NCBI RefSeq assembly: GCF_030144855.1 | Contig: NC_082730.1 | Span: forward strand, 13,578,001-13,642,000 | DNA length: 64,000 bases | Direction: 5' to 3' | From: Hypanus sabinus | Taxonomy: Eukaryota | Shown here: in pieces, positions 51,960-63,740 of the stretch | How the letters are laid out: the number at the start of each line of letters is the position of its first letter | Position numbering within the stretch: position 1 is the first letter of the stretch | Made by a program: the position numbers and the translations under genes | The notes under the pieces: generated by a model | Database searches by the model: none | Seen by the model: only the letters and a program-made list of their open reading frames with translations | Told to the model about the DNA's origin: nothing

Positions 51960-52390
51960 GTAGTGGCATGGATGATATTTGGATCACCTGGACAATACAA
52001 ATACGTATGTCAGGATGCTGTTGATTGACTACAGCTCCGTGTTTAACGCAATCATTTCTACAGTTCTGATTGAAAAGCTCCAGAACATTGGCCTCTGTAC
52101 CTCCCTCTGCAACTGTATCCTCAAGTTCCTAACTGGAAGACCTCAATCTGTGCGGATTGGAAATAACATCTCCACCTCGTGGCCAATCCACACTGAAGCA
52201 CCTCAGAGATATGTGCTTAGCCCTGTCTCTGTCTACTGTCTCTACACCCATGTAACTGTGTGGCTAGGCACAGTTCAGGTGCCATCTATAAACTTGCTGA
52301 TCAGACAATTATTGTTGGCAGAATTTCAGATGGTGATGAGAGGGCATACAGGAGTGAGATACATCAGCTCATTGAGCTCTGCCATCTGAT
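51960..52390 (+). mobile_element. Rex1/Babar-type RT fragment
   Basis: [26 protein letters not shown]. Confidence 0.75.
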
Positions 52391-52539
52391 TTCCGAATGG
52401 ACATTGAACCCAAGAACACTACCACACTACTTCTTGTTTCTATTTCTGCACTAATTTAATTTAACTTTATATATAAGTTTACTGTGATTCACCTCTTTTC
52501 ATTTTCTATGTATTGCAAAGACAGCAGATTTCATGACAT

Positions 52540-52900
52540 ATGTAGGAGATATTGTCCCTAGAGGGATGATAGCAGGGGTATCATATTCTGTTTGAGTAGC
52601 TTGCTGTATGATCACTCTATTCCAGCATGATGTTCTCCTAATTGGTTGTCTATTGGTCCTCAGGCGGCTGCAAAGTCCGGTCCAGGATCCACACATCCTC
52701 GTGCAGTGTAGACACAAGAAAGTGGTGTCTCTGGTTCGTGGTTGGTTCCTTTGGCCGTCCATGCTCCCCGTTTGCAGCTGCAGCTTGTTCTCTGCCACAC
52801 ACTGGAGGTTGCTCTCATGTAGCGCATCTCCCTCTTGAACAGATTTCTTCCAGGTACATCTATTGAGCACAATGTCTTCCCAGCTTTATGAAGTAATGTT
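52540..52900 (-). mobile_element. RTE-clade LINE 3' end
   Basis: ORF 52499-52870 ends FLCLHCTRMCGSWTGLCSRLRT, resembling the RTE C-terminal CxxCGS.IGL.SH motif. Confidence 0.6.
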
Positions 52901-52924
52901 GAATTTCTTCATTCTGATAAAACC

Positions 52925-53690
52925 ATAGAACTATAGAACGTTACAGACACTTCTTGGCTGTGCCGAACCATTTTTCTGCCTAGTCCCGATGACCTGTACC
53001 TGGACTTTATCCCTCCATACCCCTCTCATCCATGTACCTGTCTGAGTTTTTCTTAAATGTTAAAAGTGAGCCCGCATTTACCACTTCATGCGGCAGCTCA
53101 TTCCACACTCCCACCTCTCTCTGTGTGAAGAATCCCCCCACTAATGTTCCCTTTAAACATTTCCCCCTTCACCGTTAATCCATGTCCTCTGGTTTTTTTC
53201 TCCCCTAGCCTCGGTGGAAAAACCTGTTTGCATTCACTCTATCTATACCTATCATATTTTTATATACCTCTATGAAATTTCCCCACATTCTTCTACGCTC
53301 CAGGAAATAAAATCCTAACCTATTCAACCTTTCTCTGTAACTCAGTTTCTCAAGTCCCAGTAACATCCTTGTAAACCTTCTCTGCACTCTTTCAACCGTA
53401 TTAATATCCTCCCTGTAATTAGGTGACCAAAACTGCACACAATACTCCAAACTCGGCCTCACCAGTGTCTTATACAACCTCACCATTACATTCCAACTCT
53501 TATACTCAATACTTTGATTTATAAAGGCCAATGTTCCAAAAGCTCTCTTTCCAATGCTATCCACCTGTGACGCCACTTTTAGGATATTATGTGTTCCCAG
53601 ATCCCTCTGTTCTACTGCATTCCTCAGTGTCCTACCATTACCTTGTATGTTCTACCTTGGTTTGTTCTTCCAAAGTGCAATACCTCACGC
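52925..53690 (-). mobile_element. CR1-type LINE 3' fragment
   Basis: ORF 53205-53576 (LVRPSLEYCVQFWSP). Confidence 0.85.
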
Positions 53691-53695
53691 TTGTT

Positions 53696-55161
53696 TTTTT
53701 TTGAAAACTTTTTTTATTGCATTTTTAAGTAGTTACAAAGTAAAGTATGAAAAAAAAATGTATATAACCCTTACCCCCTTCCCTTAACCCCTCCCCCCTA
53801 ACAGCCCTATAGAAAAAAAAAGAGAAAGAAAGAAAAAAAAAGAAAGAAAGAATGCCTGGTTGTTGGAAGATCTCCACATGTTCCATGGAATTCGTAATAA
53901 CTTTAATATGTATATTTATTTCTTTCCCCAAATAACCAATTGTTTCATCTTCAGAGCATCTATATATTTAATCCTGTCTTTTGTAAATAAGGGCTTCAAA
54001 TTTTCAGAAATGTTTCATATTTATCTCTTAAATTATAAGTAATTTTTTCTAATGGAATACAGCCATAGATTTCTTTCTTCCAAGAGTCTATACTTAAATA
54101 TGTATCTGATTTCCAAGTAACTGCAATAGCTTTTTTGGCTATTGCCAGTGCAATTTTTATAAATTCTTTCTGATATTTATTTAGTTTGAGTTTCGGTTTT
54201 ATCCCTTCAATATCACCTAGTAAAAGTAATATTGGATTATGAGGAAATTGTGTTCCTGTAATTTGTTCCAGTAAAAGTCTTAAATTTGTCCAAAAAGGTT
54301 GAATTTTAGAGCAAGACCATGTCGAATGTAAAAAAGTACCAGTTTCCTGGTTACATCGGAAACACTGATCCGATAAATTTGGATTTAATTTTTTTATTTT
54401 TTGTGGTGTAATATATAATTGATGTAGAAAATTATACTGCACTAATCTTAACCGAACATTTATTGTATTTGTCATACTATCAAGACATAGTCTTGACCAA
54501 TTTGTTTCTTCAATTTTAATATTCAAATCACTTTCCCATTTTTGTCTTGACTTATGGACTCCTTGTTTAATTGCCTGTCTTTGAATCAAATTATACATAC
54601 AAATTTTAAGAATTATTACAAAGCAAATCAACTTAGATTTATTGCATCTTTTTTCGAGAAAGATAAACCTGCATGGATTAGAATAGATCTAGATAAAATA
54701 GGAGAAAACGTATCAGAAGATTTTATATACAAATGGGAATCTAAATGGATACGGGAAAAGAAAGAATCTCCTATATTAAAACATTTGATTGACTTATGGA
54801 ATAAGATAAATGTTGATGATGAGACAAAAAAATCTTTATTAGCAAAGAGATCTTTAATTCAAAATAGACTTATTCCTTTCACAATGGACAATCAACGTTT
54901 ATATAATTGGATTCAAAAAGGGATTAGATATATAGGGAATTGTTTTGAAGGAAGTATATTAATGTCATTTTATCAATTAAAGAATAAATATAACATATCA
55001 AATAACACTTTATTTTGTTACTTTCAATTAAGGGCTTATTTAAGAGAAAAATTAGGTCAAACAATGTTATTGCCGAAATCTAATGAAATAGAAATTTTAA
55101 TTCAAAAAGGAAATATTAAAAAAATTATATCTTGTATGTATAATTTGATTCAAAGACAGGC
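53696..55161 (-). mobile_element. L1-clade LINE 3' part with 5' inversion and a 30-bp junction duplication
   Basis: Minus ORF 53996-54631 (CFRC..TFLHSTWSC..LEKITY) and plus ORF to 55161; 54573-54602 and 55132-55161 are a perfect inverted repeat. Confidence 0.88.
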
Positions 55162-56914
55162 TTGTTGATGATGATATTGGAAATTTTTTTTGTTGTCCAC
55201 CAGGAGTAGTTTGTTGAACCTCCATCATCTGGAATAAATGATTTAGTTGGGGGGGGGAGTCATGATTTAGGCATTCAAATGACATGACCGATGCATCAGA
55301 TTTTCCATTGGTTATTGTGGTGGAAATGCGGCTCATTTTGTCCTCCTCCATTACATTGGTGTTAGTGCATCTGTTTTTAATCTGTAAAATCTTTTCCAAG
55401 GTTCTTTGGAGGGATTGTTCCAGGGCCTTTCAGCTGGTCCATAATTCAGCTCCATTCTGTAATCGGGTAATGATCTGAGCTGGTGATGTTTGAACCAGAG
55501 AGTGGAGGATGGACAGACTCTGATGTAGAGATGGCAACTAGAGTTTATTCATAAGGATTCCAACAGGGCATTGGTGGCTCGTCCAAGCAACACCACGAGA
55601 TGTAACGTTTTCAAATCTAGGACCCTGTGATTAGTGCTAATTGGCCGTGCACTTAAATAATACATGGAATCCCTGAGACTATCAAAATAAACTTAACAAG
55701 CTTCAGGAGGAACACCATGAAACTGCATTACGAGCGAGATGCTCGAGTGAAACACAAGGAACTCTGAACAAATAATGAATTACCCGATTCAGGAGCTCTG
55801 AAACCATCAGAACCCAATGTGTTTTGGCTCCCCGAACAGGCTCTGAGAGCTCTTTACAAATGTAGGAAGGAAGAGTATTTGATGGAGGAGAGGTTTTGCA
55901 GGTTCTGGTCTTCAAGGACTCGTTCCCTTAATGTTGCACAGGGTCCATAAGCATTACTCTGGCGGTATGTTATAATCCAGTTTCGAGTAACTCAAACCTC
56001 TGTGTTCCTTCACCATTCACTCAGGTCAACCCAGGTTTCTCTTCCATTCTTCATGTTTCTGAACTCATCACTTCCTGTCCGGATTGAAGGTCTTCATTGA
56101 AAACATCCCTGAGCCTCCTCACATGCTTCTTATTCCCCACAGTGTTCTTCACATAGTTGATGTTTTGCTCGGGATCCAACATCCACAGTTTCTTGTGCCT
56201 CGATATCTGAGGAGGCAGGAACAGCCATTGCGAACTCAAACAAGAAACGTGACAAGCACATGGATGAAAGGAAATGGAGGGCTAGGTGGGATGGGAGTGT
56301 TAGATCGATCTCGGAGTCAGGACAACATTGTGGGACAAGGAGCCTGAACGGTCCAGTGCTGATCTATAATCTAAATATTCCCTCAGAGGAAAGGAGAGTT
56401 GCTGGAATTTTCTAACCAATAGTTCTTACCACATTCCTACTGACTCCCAGCCCCACCACCAGACACTCTATCATACACTTGTCATCTGTGGCCCACTAAC
56501 TCACCAATATGAATAGTTTTGGATGTGGTGGGGGTTTGAAGCACATGGAGGAAAACCAAGCAGTCAGAGAAAGGCTGAGAAGCTCAAGGATGGAAATGGG
56601 CCATGTGAGCTGTGAGACAGCAGCTCAGCTGGTGGTGCCTTGTGCCTGCCTCTCATTGACTGGTGAAGAAGGCACAAGTGCTCTCTGCAGAAACAAATCC
56701 ATTTTAAAATGAAATTCCTATTGCACCTACGAAGAATATCCCCACTACAGTGAAGCAAGCTATTATATTCCAGCAAGGGAGCTATGAACAAAAAATATTA
56801 ATGCAACTTGTTATCATATCCACAATAATATGCCCCAAAGACTTGTTTGGTATTGCTATTGTGTTAGGTGTGTCTTTGTTCTAAGTCCATGTACTTTGTG
56901 GGTTTACATTCCCT

Positions 56915-57200
56915 CCAGATACCTGAGCAGAAAGTCTGGGCTGATCTTCCGGTGCAGTACTGAGGGAGTGTGGCAGTGTTGAAGGTGCTGCCTTTCATTC
57001 AACCCAGATCCTAATAGGCTGCTCAAATGCACACAAACATCCCTTGGTACTGTCTCATTGGTGATGGGCCTTGGTGTCCTACCTGACATGCACCCCTTGT
57101 CCAATATGAAGCAAAATACATGTTATCTTTCCACCATTGCATTAATGTTTGCTTAATCGTGCAGTGCAAATGGTGCCCTACACATCCCCATATTAGAGCA
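56915..57200 (+). mobile_element. Old DeuSINE-like (SacSINE/AmnSINE-type) element
   Basis: gtgcagtactgagggagtg..gtgctg.cttt..catcccttgg.act..ggtgtcct..ccaatat resembles the Deu domain as recalled; heavily decayed. Confidence 0.45.
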
Positions 57201-57849
57201 GTAGGTGGAGCTTCAAGTAATTAGTTAGCTACAAGATTCCACTGCATGTAATTCAATTACAAAATCATCCCTTCTCAGAGAAAAAAACTTGAAGTTGACT
57301 TCCTTCTCCAGTTCAGGTCATCACCATGGTAACAACCAAAGGAAATCCAGCTTGTGGGGTCTTGTGGCTTGTAACCTTTCCGGGAGCTGCATTTGCAAAT
57401 GGAAGGTGAACGCAGTTCATGCAGTCAAGGGCACGGAGGGTGGGAGGAGTCAGCCAATGTGCAGAGGATTTTGGAAGTTGAGGATGGATAACTGAAAAGG
57501 TCATCAAAGGAAGATAATGCCAGGGCCACATGGAGGTCAGTATTAGCATTGTGGTTTGAGTGGAGTGAGTCTGGCAGATTACTGTTCCTTGTTTCACAGC
57601 AGATACTACATTAATGGAACAAGGATGCAGCACCAAGAGGTTTCCCATTCCTGGAAAGGATAAATACATCCAAAGTACTTCTGGGAATGAGAATGGGATT
57701 TTAGATTCAAGCAATTATATCAAGAGTCTTGGAGCACCTCAGTAGTGTAGTGGTTTGCATGGCCCTGTTACAGTCTGGATCATTGGAGTTTGAAGTACAA
57801 TTCCAGTGCCGTAAGTAGGGAGCATTTATGTTCTCCACTTGATTAATAG

Positions 57850-59700
57850 AACATAGAACATAGAATATTACAGCATATTACAGGCCCTTCAGCCCACAAT
57901 GTTGTGCTGACCCGCAAACCCTGCCTCCCATATAACCCCCCACCTTAAATTCCTCCATATATTTGTCTAGTAGTCTCTTAAATTTCACTAGCTTATCTGC
58001 CTCCACCACTGACTCAGGCAGTGCATTCCATGCACCAACCATTCTCTGAGTGAAAAATCTTCCTCTAATATCCCCCTTGAACTTCCATCCCCTTACCATA
58101 AAGCCACGTCCTCTTGTACTGAGCAGTGGTGCCCTGGGGAAGAGGCACTGGCTGTCCACTCTGTCTATTCCTTTTAATATCTTGTCCACCTCTATCATGT
58201 CTCTTCTCATCCCCCATCTCTCCAAAGAGTAAAGCCCTAGCTCCCTTGTATGGGTGTATGTGTATATGTGTTTTTTCCGAGTGCACTAGTTTCCTCCCAG
58301 AGGCCAAAAAACTTGACCAGTTATTAGGTGAATTAGTCATTGTAAATTGTCCTGTATCAGGCTAGGGTTAAATTGGGGGTTAAATTGTTTGATTGGAAAG
58401 GCCTGTTCTGTGCTCTACCTCAAAATAAATAAATATAAGGAATGTAAAAGTTCATATAGCAATATCTCATTAAATTCCTCAATGCCAGAGTCTTTGATCA
58501 CAAGATCACCAGATCACAAGACAAAGGAGCAGAAGTAGGCCATTTAGCCCACTGAGTCTCCTCTGCCACTCCACCATGAGCTGAACTATTGTCTCATCTA
58601 GTTCCAATTTCTGGCTTCTTCCCCATATCCCTTGATACCCTGACTAATTAGATACCTATCAATCTCCTCCTTAAACACCCTCAATGATTGGGCCTCTACA
58701 GCTGTATGTGGCATCGAATTCGAGAAATCCACGACCCTGTGGCTAAAAAAAATTCTCCTCATCTCTGTTTTAAATGGGTACCCACTAATTCTAAAACTGT
58801 GACCTCTTGTCCTGGACTCACTCACCAAGGGAAACAGCCTTTCCACATCTACTCTGTCGAACCCTTTCAACATTTGAAATGTTTCTATTAGATCCCCTCT
58901 TATTCTTCTATACTCTAATGAATACAATCCAAGAGCAGACAAACGCTCCTCATATGTTAGTCCCTGCATTCCAGGAATCATCCTCGTGAATCTTCTCTGA
59001 ACTCTCTCCAACATCAGCACATTCTTTCTAAGACTGCAGACAGTATTCCAAGTGGTGTCTCACCACTGCCCCATAGAGCCTCATCAACACCTACTTACTC
59101 TTATTCACAATTCCTCTTGAAATGAATGCCAACATAGCATTTGCTTTCCCTACTGCTGATCCAACCTGGTGGTTAACCTTTAGAGTATCCTGCACTAGGA
59201 CCCCCAAATCCCTTTGCACTTCCGATTTTTGAATTTTCTCCCCATCTAAATAATAATCTGCCTGATTGTTTCTTTTTCCAAAATGTACAACTGTACATTT
59301 CTGAACATTGTATCTCATCTGCCATTTCTTTGCCCACTCTCCTAAACTGACCAAGACTCTCTGCAACCTTTCTGTTTCCTCAACACTTCCTGCTCCACCA
59401 CCTATCTTGGTGTCATCCGCAAACTTAGCCACAAAAACATATAATCCATAATCTAAATCATCGATCTACGGTGTAACAAGAAGAGGCCCAACACTGACCC
59501 CTGCGGAACACCACTAGTGACCGGCAATCAACCAGAATTCCCTGTATTCCCACTTGTTGCTTTCTGCCTATCAGCAAATGCTCCACCCATTCCAATATCC
59601 TTCCTGTAATTCCATGGCCCCTCATCTGATTAAGTAACCTCTTATGCAGCACCTTATCAAAGGCCTTTTGGAAATCCAAATACACAACATCCACAGCCTC
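57850..59700 (-). mobile_element. CR1-type LINE fragments (about 57850-58230 and 58497-59700) separated by a V-SINE piece
   Basis: ORFs 57878-58225, 58598-59020, 59091-59432 and 59458-59694 all encode RT segments. Confidence 0.88.
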
Positions 59701-59801
59701 TCATTGTCAATCTTATTTGAGATTACCTCAAAAAATTAAACGGGGAAATGCACCATTTTTGTTTGGTTTGGTCTGGTCCTTATGCGGCTCCAGCCCGGTT
59801 A

Positions 59802-60045
59802 TGTTTTGTAAATGCAAACCATAAAATTAATTTGAAAAAAAATACAAAATCCTAAGAGAAGCGAGTGTTAGTTTGTCCTTTACTTTAAGCGAGGGGCACA
59901 CGTAACATACGGTCACGCCATGACGTATGTAATTCACTTATTTAAAATATAACCCCTAAAAGTTATTTAATCAAACAAGAATGGTCAATTAAACAGTATA
60001 TTTACAATATTACTAACATACTACTGAAATATTAAATGCACAACA
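59802..60045 (-). mobile_element. Probable LTR with a short stretch of adjacent internal sequence
   Basis: TGT...ACA boundaries and AT-rich LTR-like composition; no TSD. Confidence 0.4.
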
Positions 60046-60716
60046 AGCCCCACCACTGTCTTTGAAGTGCCCCTCTAAAATGGCCTAGGCAGATACACGT
60101 GGCTCAGGGCAATAAATTCCACATTGGCCCCTAAACCACACCAGTGAATGAATTGGACATTTAAATGTATTCTTTTTCAAGAAGATGGCTGGTTTAATAA
60201 GTGTGTGGGTGAAGTATACGTATGTGAGTCAATAGAGGTAAGAATGTGAAGAAAATGTAAATAAAAAATTAGCTGTCCTCTGCCCGAGGGATAGTAATGT
60301 CAGTGAGAAAGTCTCAAAAAGCATTTCATCAGATGCACTTTAAATAATGAGAGTTGAAATTTAGAGTGTGTGAAATTATTGTTATGATCATGCTCCAAGA
60401 ATATTGGACTGTTTTAAAAATCTTTTGTCTTACACACAGAACACTAACATTGCATTGTGACATTATTAAATAATGCATGATTTTAAATGCCCTTCAGATT
60501 CATTCTCAACTGAGTGCCAGATTTACTGCAGCGGCTTTGTGTGTTACACTACTATCGAAAGAAAAGAAATTGCAAGACCATTCCCCAGCATTTATCATTA
60601 ACTGTATTTTCTGCCTTTACAATCTATACATATTCAACCATCTCTGCTGTGCAAATGGTGCACGCGACACAAGCCAATTCTGATTATCCGAATGTCTAGC
60701 TCGGGCGCTCACTCAC

Positions 60717-60753
60717 CAGGCAGCAAACCGATGAGAAGAATCGGAACCCACAT
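60717..60753 (-). CDS. Gene B exon 1: signal peptide (MWVPILLIGLLP-V)
   Basis: ATG at 60753, 37 nt ending G|gtgagt (phase 1); joins either V exon to give ...LLPVSGA|LWA. Confidence 0.85.
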
Positions 60754-60848
60754 TGTCTTCACACAGATCAAACCAGCAATTTGTCTGCCACTCAACTTTT
60801 GGTCCTTAGCAAAAAATAACTTTTGAATAGGAGTGTTATGGTGAAAAT

Positions 60849-60873
60849 AAATGAGGAAGAAGGCAGTCGGAAG
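60849..60873. promoter_or_regulatory. PU.1/ETS-like sites about 100 bp upstream of the gene B ATG
   Basis: AAATGAGGAAGA at 60849-60860 and CGGAAG at 60868-60873; no TATA seen. Confidence 0.4.
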
Positions 60874-61104
60874 CCCAATTGTGAAAACAGATTGAAGCAA
60901 CTGATGAAATATGTTTACTAAGACATTGAAATTTTCTCTTTACAATTATGGAATAACTTTATTTTCAGAGAATTGTGAGCATGATGGAGCGATTAAAAAA
61001 ATCATATAGCAACTTAAGTGAGAGGATTAAAATAAATGGTGAAGTGATGATAAAAAAATACAGTTTATAGTTTGAGGGTAAACACCCCTTTCTATGCAAT
61101 CACT

Positions 61105-61500
61105 TCTCCAAGAGGATCACAAGTTTGCTAGGGTTTGGAGGCTTGCGTGCCTCAATGACCCGGAGAGCTGTGATGGCTGAAGTCAGTGAGTTATGCTTTG
61201 GCTCTTGGTAGGGTTACAGATCATAGGTCATAGGGTAGAGGCCAGACTAAGTGTGCTCCACTGGTCCCTCACGTTCAAGGGTCCAGCTCAGGACCAGCAA
61301 TCCTGAATGGTAAATCAAAACTGTTACAGAAACAGCAATGAAGAAGCCTTCCATATCCATGTGTGATGGTATTCCTGAGTCTCTACTTGGGACTTGCATG
61401 ACTGAGAGTAGTGAAAACCAAGTTACTGAATTGATGAAGACGCTGCCAGATGGAAAACCTTCATTGCTGCCCTAAATGCCAGTGGCATAATGGGCAGTAC
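61105..61500 (+). mobile_element. Short RTE-type element (5'-UTR-like part joined to a 3' end)
   Basis: ggaggcttgcgtgcctcaatgacccggagagct head and accttcattgctgccctaaatgccagtggcataatgggcagta tail; no ORF. Confidence 0.5.
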
Positions 61501-63209
61501 ATAGAGATGATCTTTGCTCAGTCCCTCATTGAATGGTGAGTGTGCTGAAAAGAATTAAAAAAAAGCACTTCGTATAGCAACTTAAGTGAAAGGGTTAAAA
61601 TAAATTGTGAGATGATGATAAAAAAAATAACAGTGTTAAGACTGAGGGATTCTCTCCCCTTTCTATGCACCTACTGCTGTCTGAGGCACTGGGAATGTCA
61701 TTGCGAGAGAGAGTTAATGCAGAACCTGTTCAGAGTGTTAGGAGGAGTTTCCCCTTCTCCTTGCCTTTTCCCACAGTGTTCATCACTGTCTGCTATAAAG
61801 AAGATGAAACACTTACAATGTGTACCACTTTCATAGTTTCTATTGTCTGTTGTCCACAGCAGATTGGATGATTGGATCTGAGTTGTCTCCTTGGGCACAA
61901 CCTAAAATTATCTCAATTCAAAGGAAAAAAAATAAGAGGAAATTTCTGGATGATGACATTTCATCTCTATTTTTCTGATGGAAGCTGATTGCTATGAAAG
62001 ATTAATTGTTTCTTCCTGCAAAATTTACTGTCAGTGGATTGCAGCAGGAATATCCAAGTGTCTGCATGCCAGATGTTATCCACAAATTAATTATGATGTT
62101 CACAAAACTGATTAATTGAGGCATATATCAACAACATCAATGATGCAAGAAAAACTTTAATTGATCAAATTTCAAATTAGTAACAGCAAAAAAAGTATTA
62201 CAATCGAGGATTAATATTCTATACAGTAACGAGTGCCTGAAGTGGAATCTAATATGTTGGATAAATATCTTACTCATGAATCAGTTATTGGAACCTCAGT
62301 GACAATACTCTCCACTAGTTTTGGCTGCTATGTTAATTCCACAGTCCCAATTAAAGGGACATACTTCCTTAATGACCCTCAATTCTAAGTTTCAAAGTAC
62401 ATTTATAATCAAAGTAGGTATAAATTATATGACCTTGAGATTCATTTCCTTACAGGCAGTCACATATCAAAGAAATTCAAATGAACCAATTGAAAACTGA
62501 AGACTATCAAACACTCAATATGCACAGTAAACAAAAAACTCATGCAAACAATAAAACTAAGCAGAGAGCATTCAGAACTGTCGTTTGAGAAGTGAGTCCG
62601 TACAGTGAGACGAAGTCACAGCCTCGGTTCAGCAAAGAGCAGAGTAAATGTCACAGAGATGCGAGGTGAACCGACTCATTCTTCACCTCCGGCCCTACAC
62701 CCTGACCTTTTCAGTCATGTCCGGCCCTTGTATTAATGGAGTTCAGTCTTAGCCTTGCCTTTTCTAGAGATAAGAGTCACAGCTTGCTATGTTTTCTGGG
62801 TGGTTATACTGACCCTGACTATAGTGCCTTTTCTGACCAGCACTACCCAGCAGGATTACTTTTGAACATTTCAGTGTTTATTCCAGTTATTTGTTTCCTG
62901 CAATTGGCTGACCATTATTGACAAAATTGTGGTTGTATAGTTCTAATATTCTAATAAATTAATCAAATATATGCAAATACACAAATTATGAGGATAGGAG
63001 ATGGGCAAAAGCTGAGTCATTGCTAAGATTTCATGTCTTCTATGAGCTAGGCATTGTGTTGGTTTTAACCTCTTTTGCATTAAGTCTTTGGCTTAAGCTC
63101 AGAAGGCATCCGTGAAGAACAGTTTAAAAAATGTGTGCAGAGCAAGATGAATGATGAATATTTAATCTCAAAGTTCCATTATAGGGAGTCCGGTAGTCTT
63201 CTCTTCACC

Positions 63210-63245
63210 TCACGCGCCAAGTTGTGTAGGCGATACTTCAGGTTT
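63210..63245 (-). CDS. Gene C last coding exon (KPEVSPTQLGA*)
   Basis: gccttttgcag acceptor, phase 0 matches the TM exon; TGA at 63212-63210; ATTAAA on minus at 63166-63161. Confidence 0.6.
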   Translation of the reverse strand, partial: KPEVSPTQLGA

Positions 63246-63389
63246 CTGCAAAAGGCAATGGTGAGTTTATCAGACTGATTGGCTATAAAAACTTTTCCTG
63301 ACTTCCTTTGGACACTTGCAGCAGAATTCCATCTGAAACAGGGTTAAGGACTCCAGCACCGTTCACATCAATGCCACAGCAGCATCATG

Positions 63390-63625
63390 GCATTGATGTG
63401 AAGCTATTACAGCTTGTGATGTTCCGGAGTTTGGAATTGAATTTCGGCGCTGGCTGTCAGGAGTCTTTGTCCACGTTCTGCGGTCTCCTCCCACAGTCCA
63501 AAAGCACACTAGGTAGATTAATTGGGCATTGAAATTTGTCTTGTGGTTAGGTTAGTGTTAATCAGGGGTTGCCGGGTTGTCGTGGCTTGAAAGGCTGGGA
63601 GGGCCTTCTTCATGCTGTATCAGTA
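63390..63625 (+). mobile_element. V-SINE-like element in the last intron of gene C
   Basis: ctcctcccacagtccaaaagcac..ggtagattaattgggcattg V-core. Confidence 0.65.
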
Positions 63626-63649
63626 TTTCACTGATCTCCAAAAACCTAC

Positions 63650-63740
63650 CTTAGTTTCCCTCATGAAGCAATTGATTGAGATACTCCAGATCCCCAGCAG
63701 AGCAATGTGCAGCCAACGCCCCACACTCCATATCAGATAA
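63650..63740 (-). CDS. Gene C transmembrane exon with Arg (YLIWSVGRWLHIALLGIWSISINCFMRETK)
   Basis: ctcttccactttgctcag acceptor, AAG|gtaggt donor; 91 nt, phase 2 to 0; same WxxxRW pattern as the gene A TM. Confidence 0.75.

Noticed and set aside
55170-56050. Possible decayed Gypsy gag-like sequence on the minus strand
   Set aside because: Coding-like stretches, but no diagnostic motif could be identified by eye; needs an HMM search
57050-57123. Alternative leader exon (ATG...CAG|gtagga)
   Set aside because: Phase 0, not hydrophobic, and inside a SINE relic
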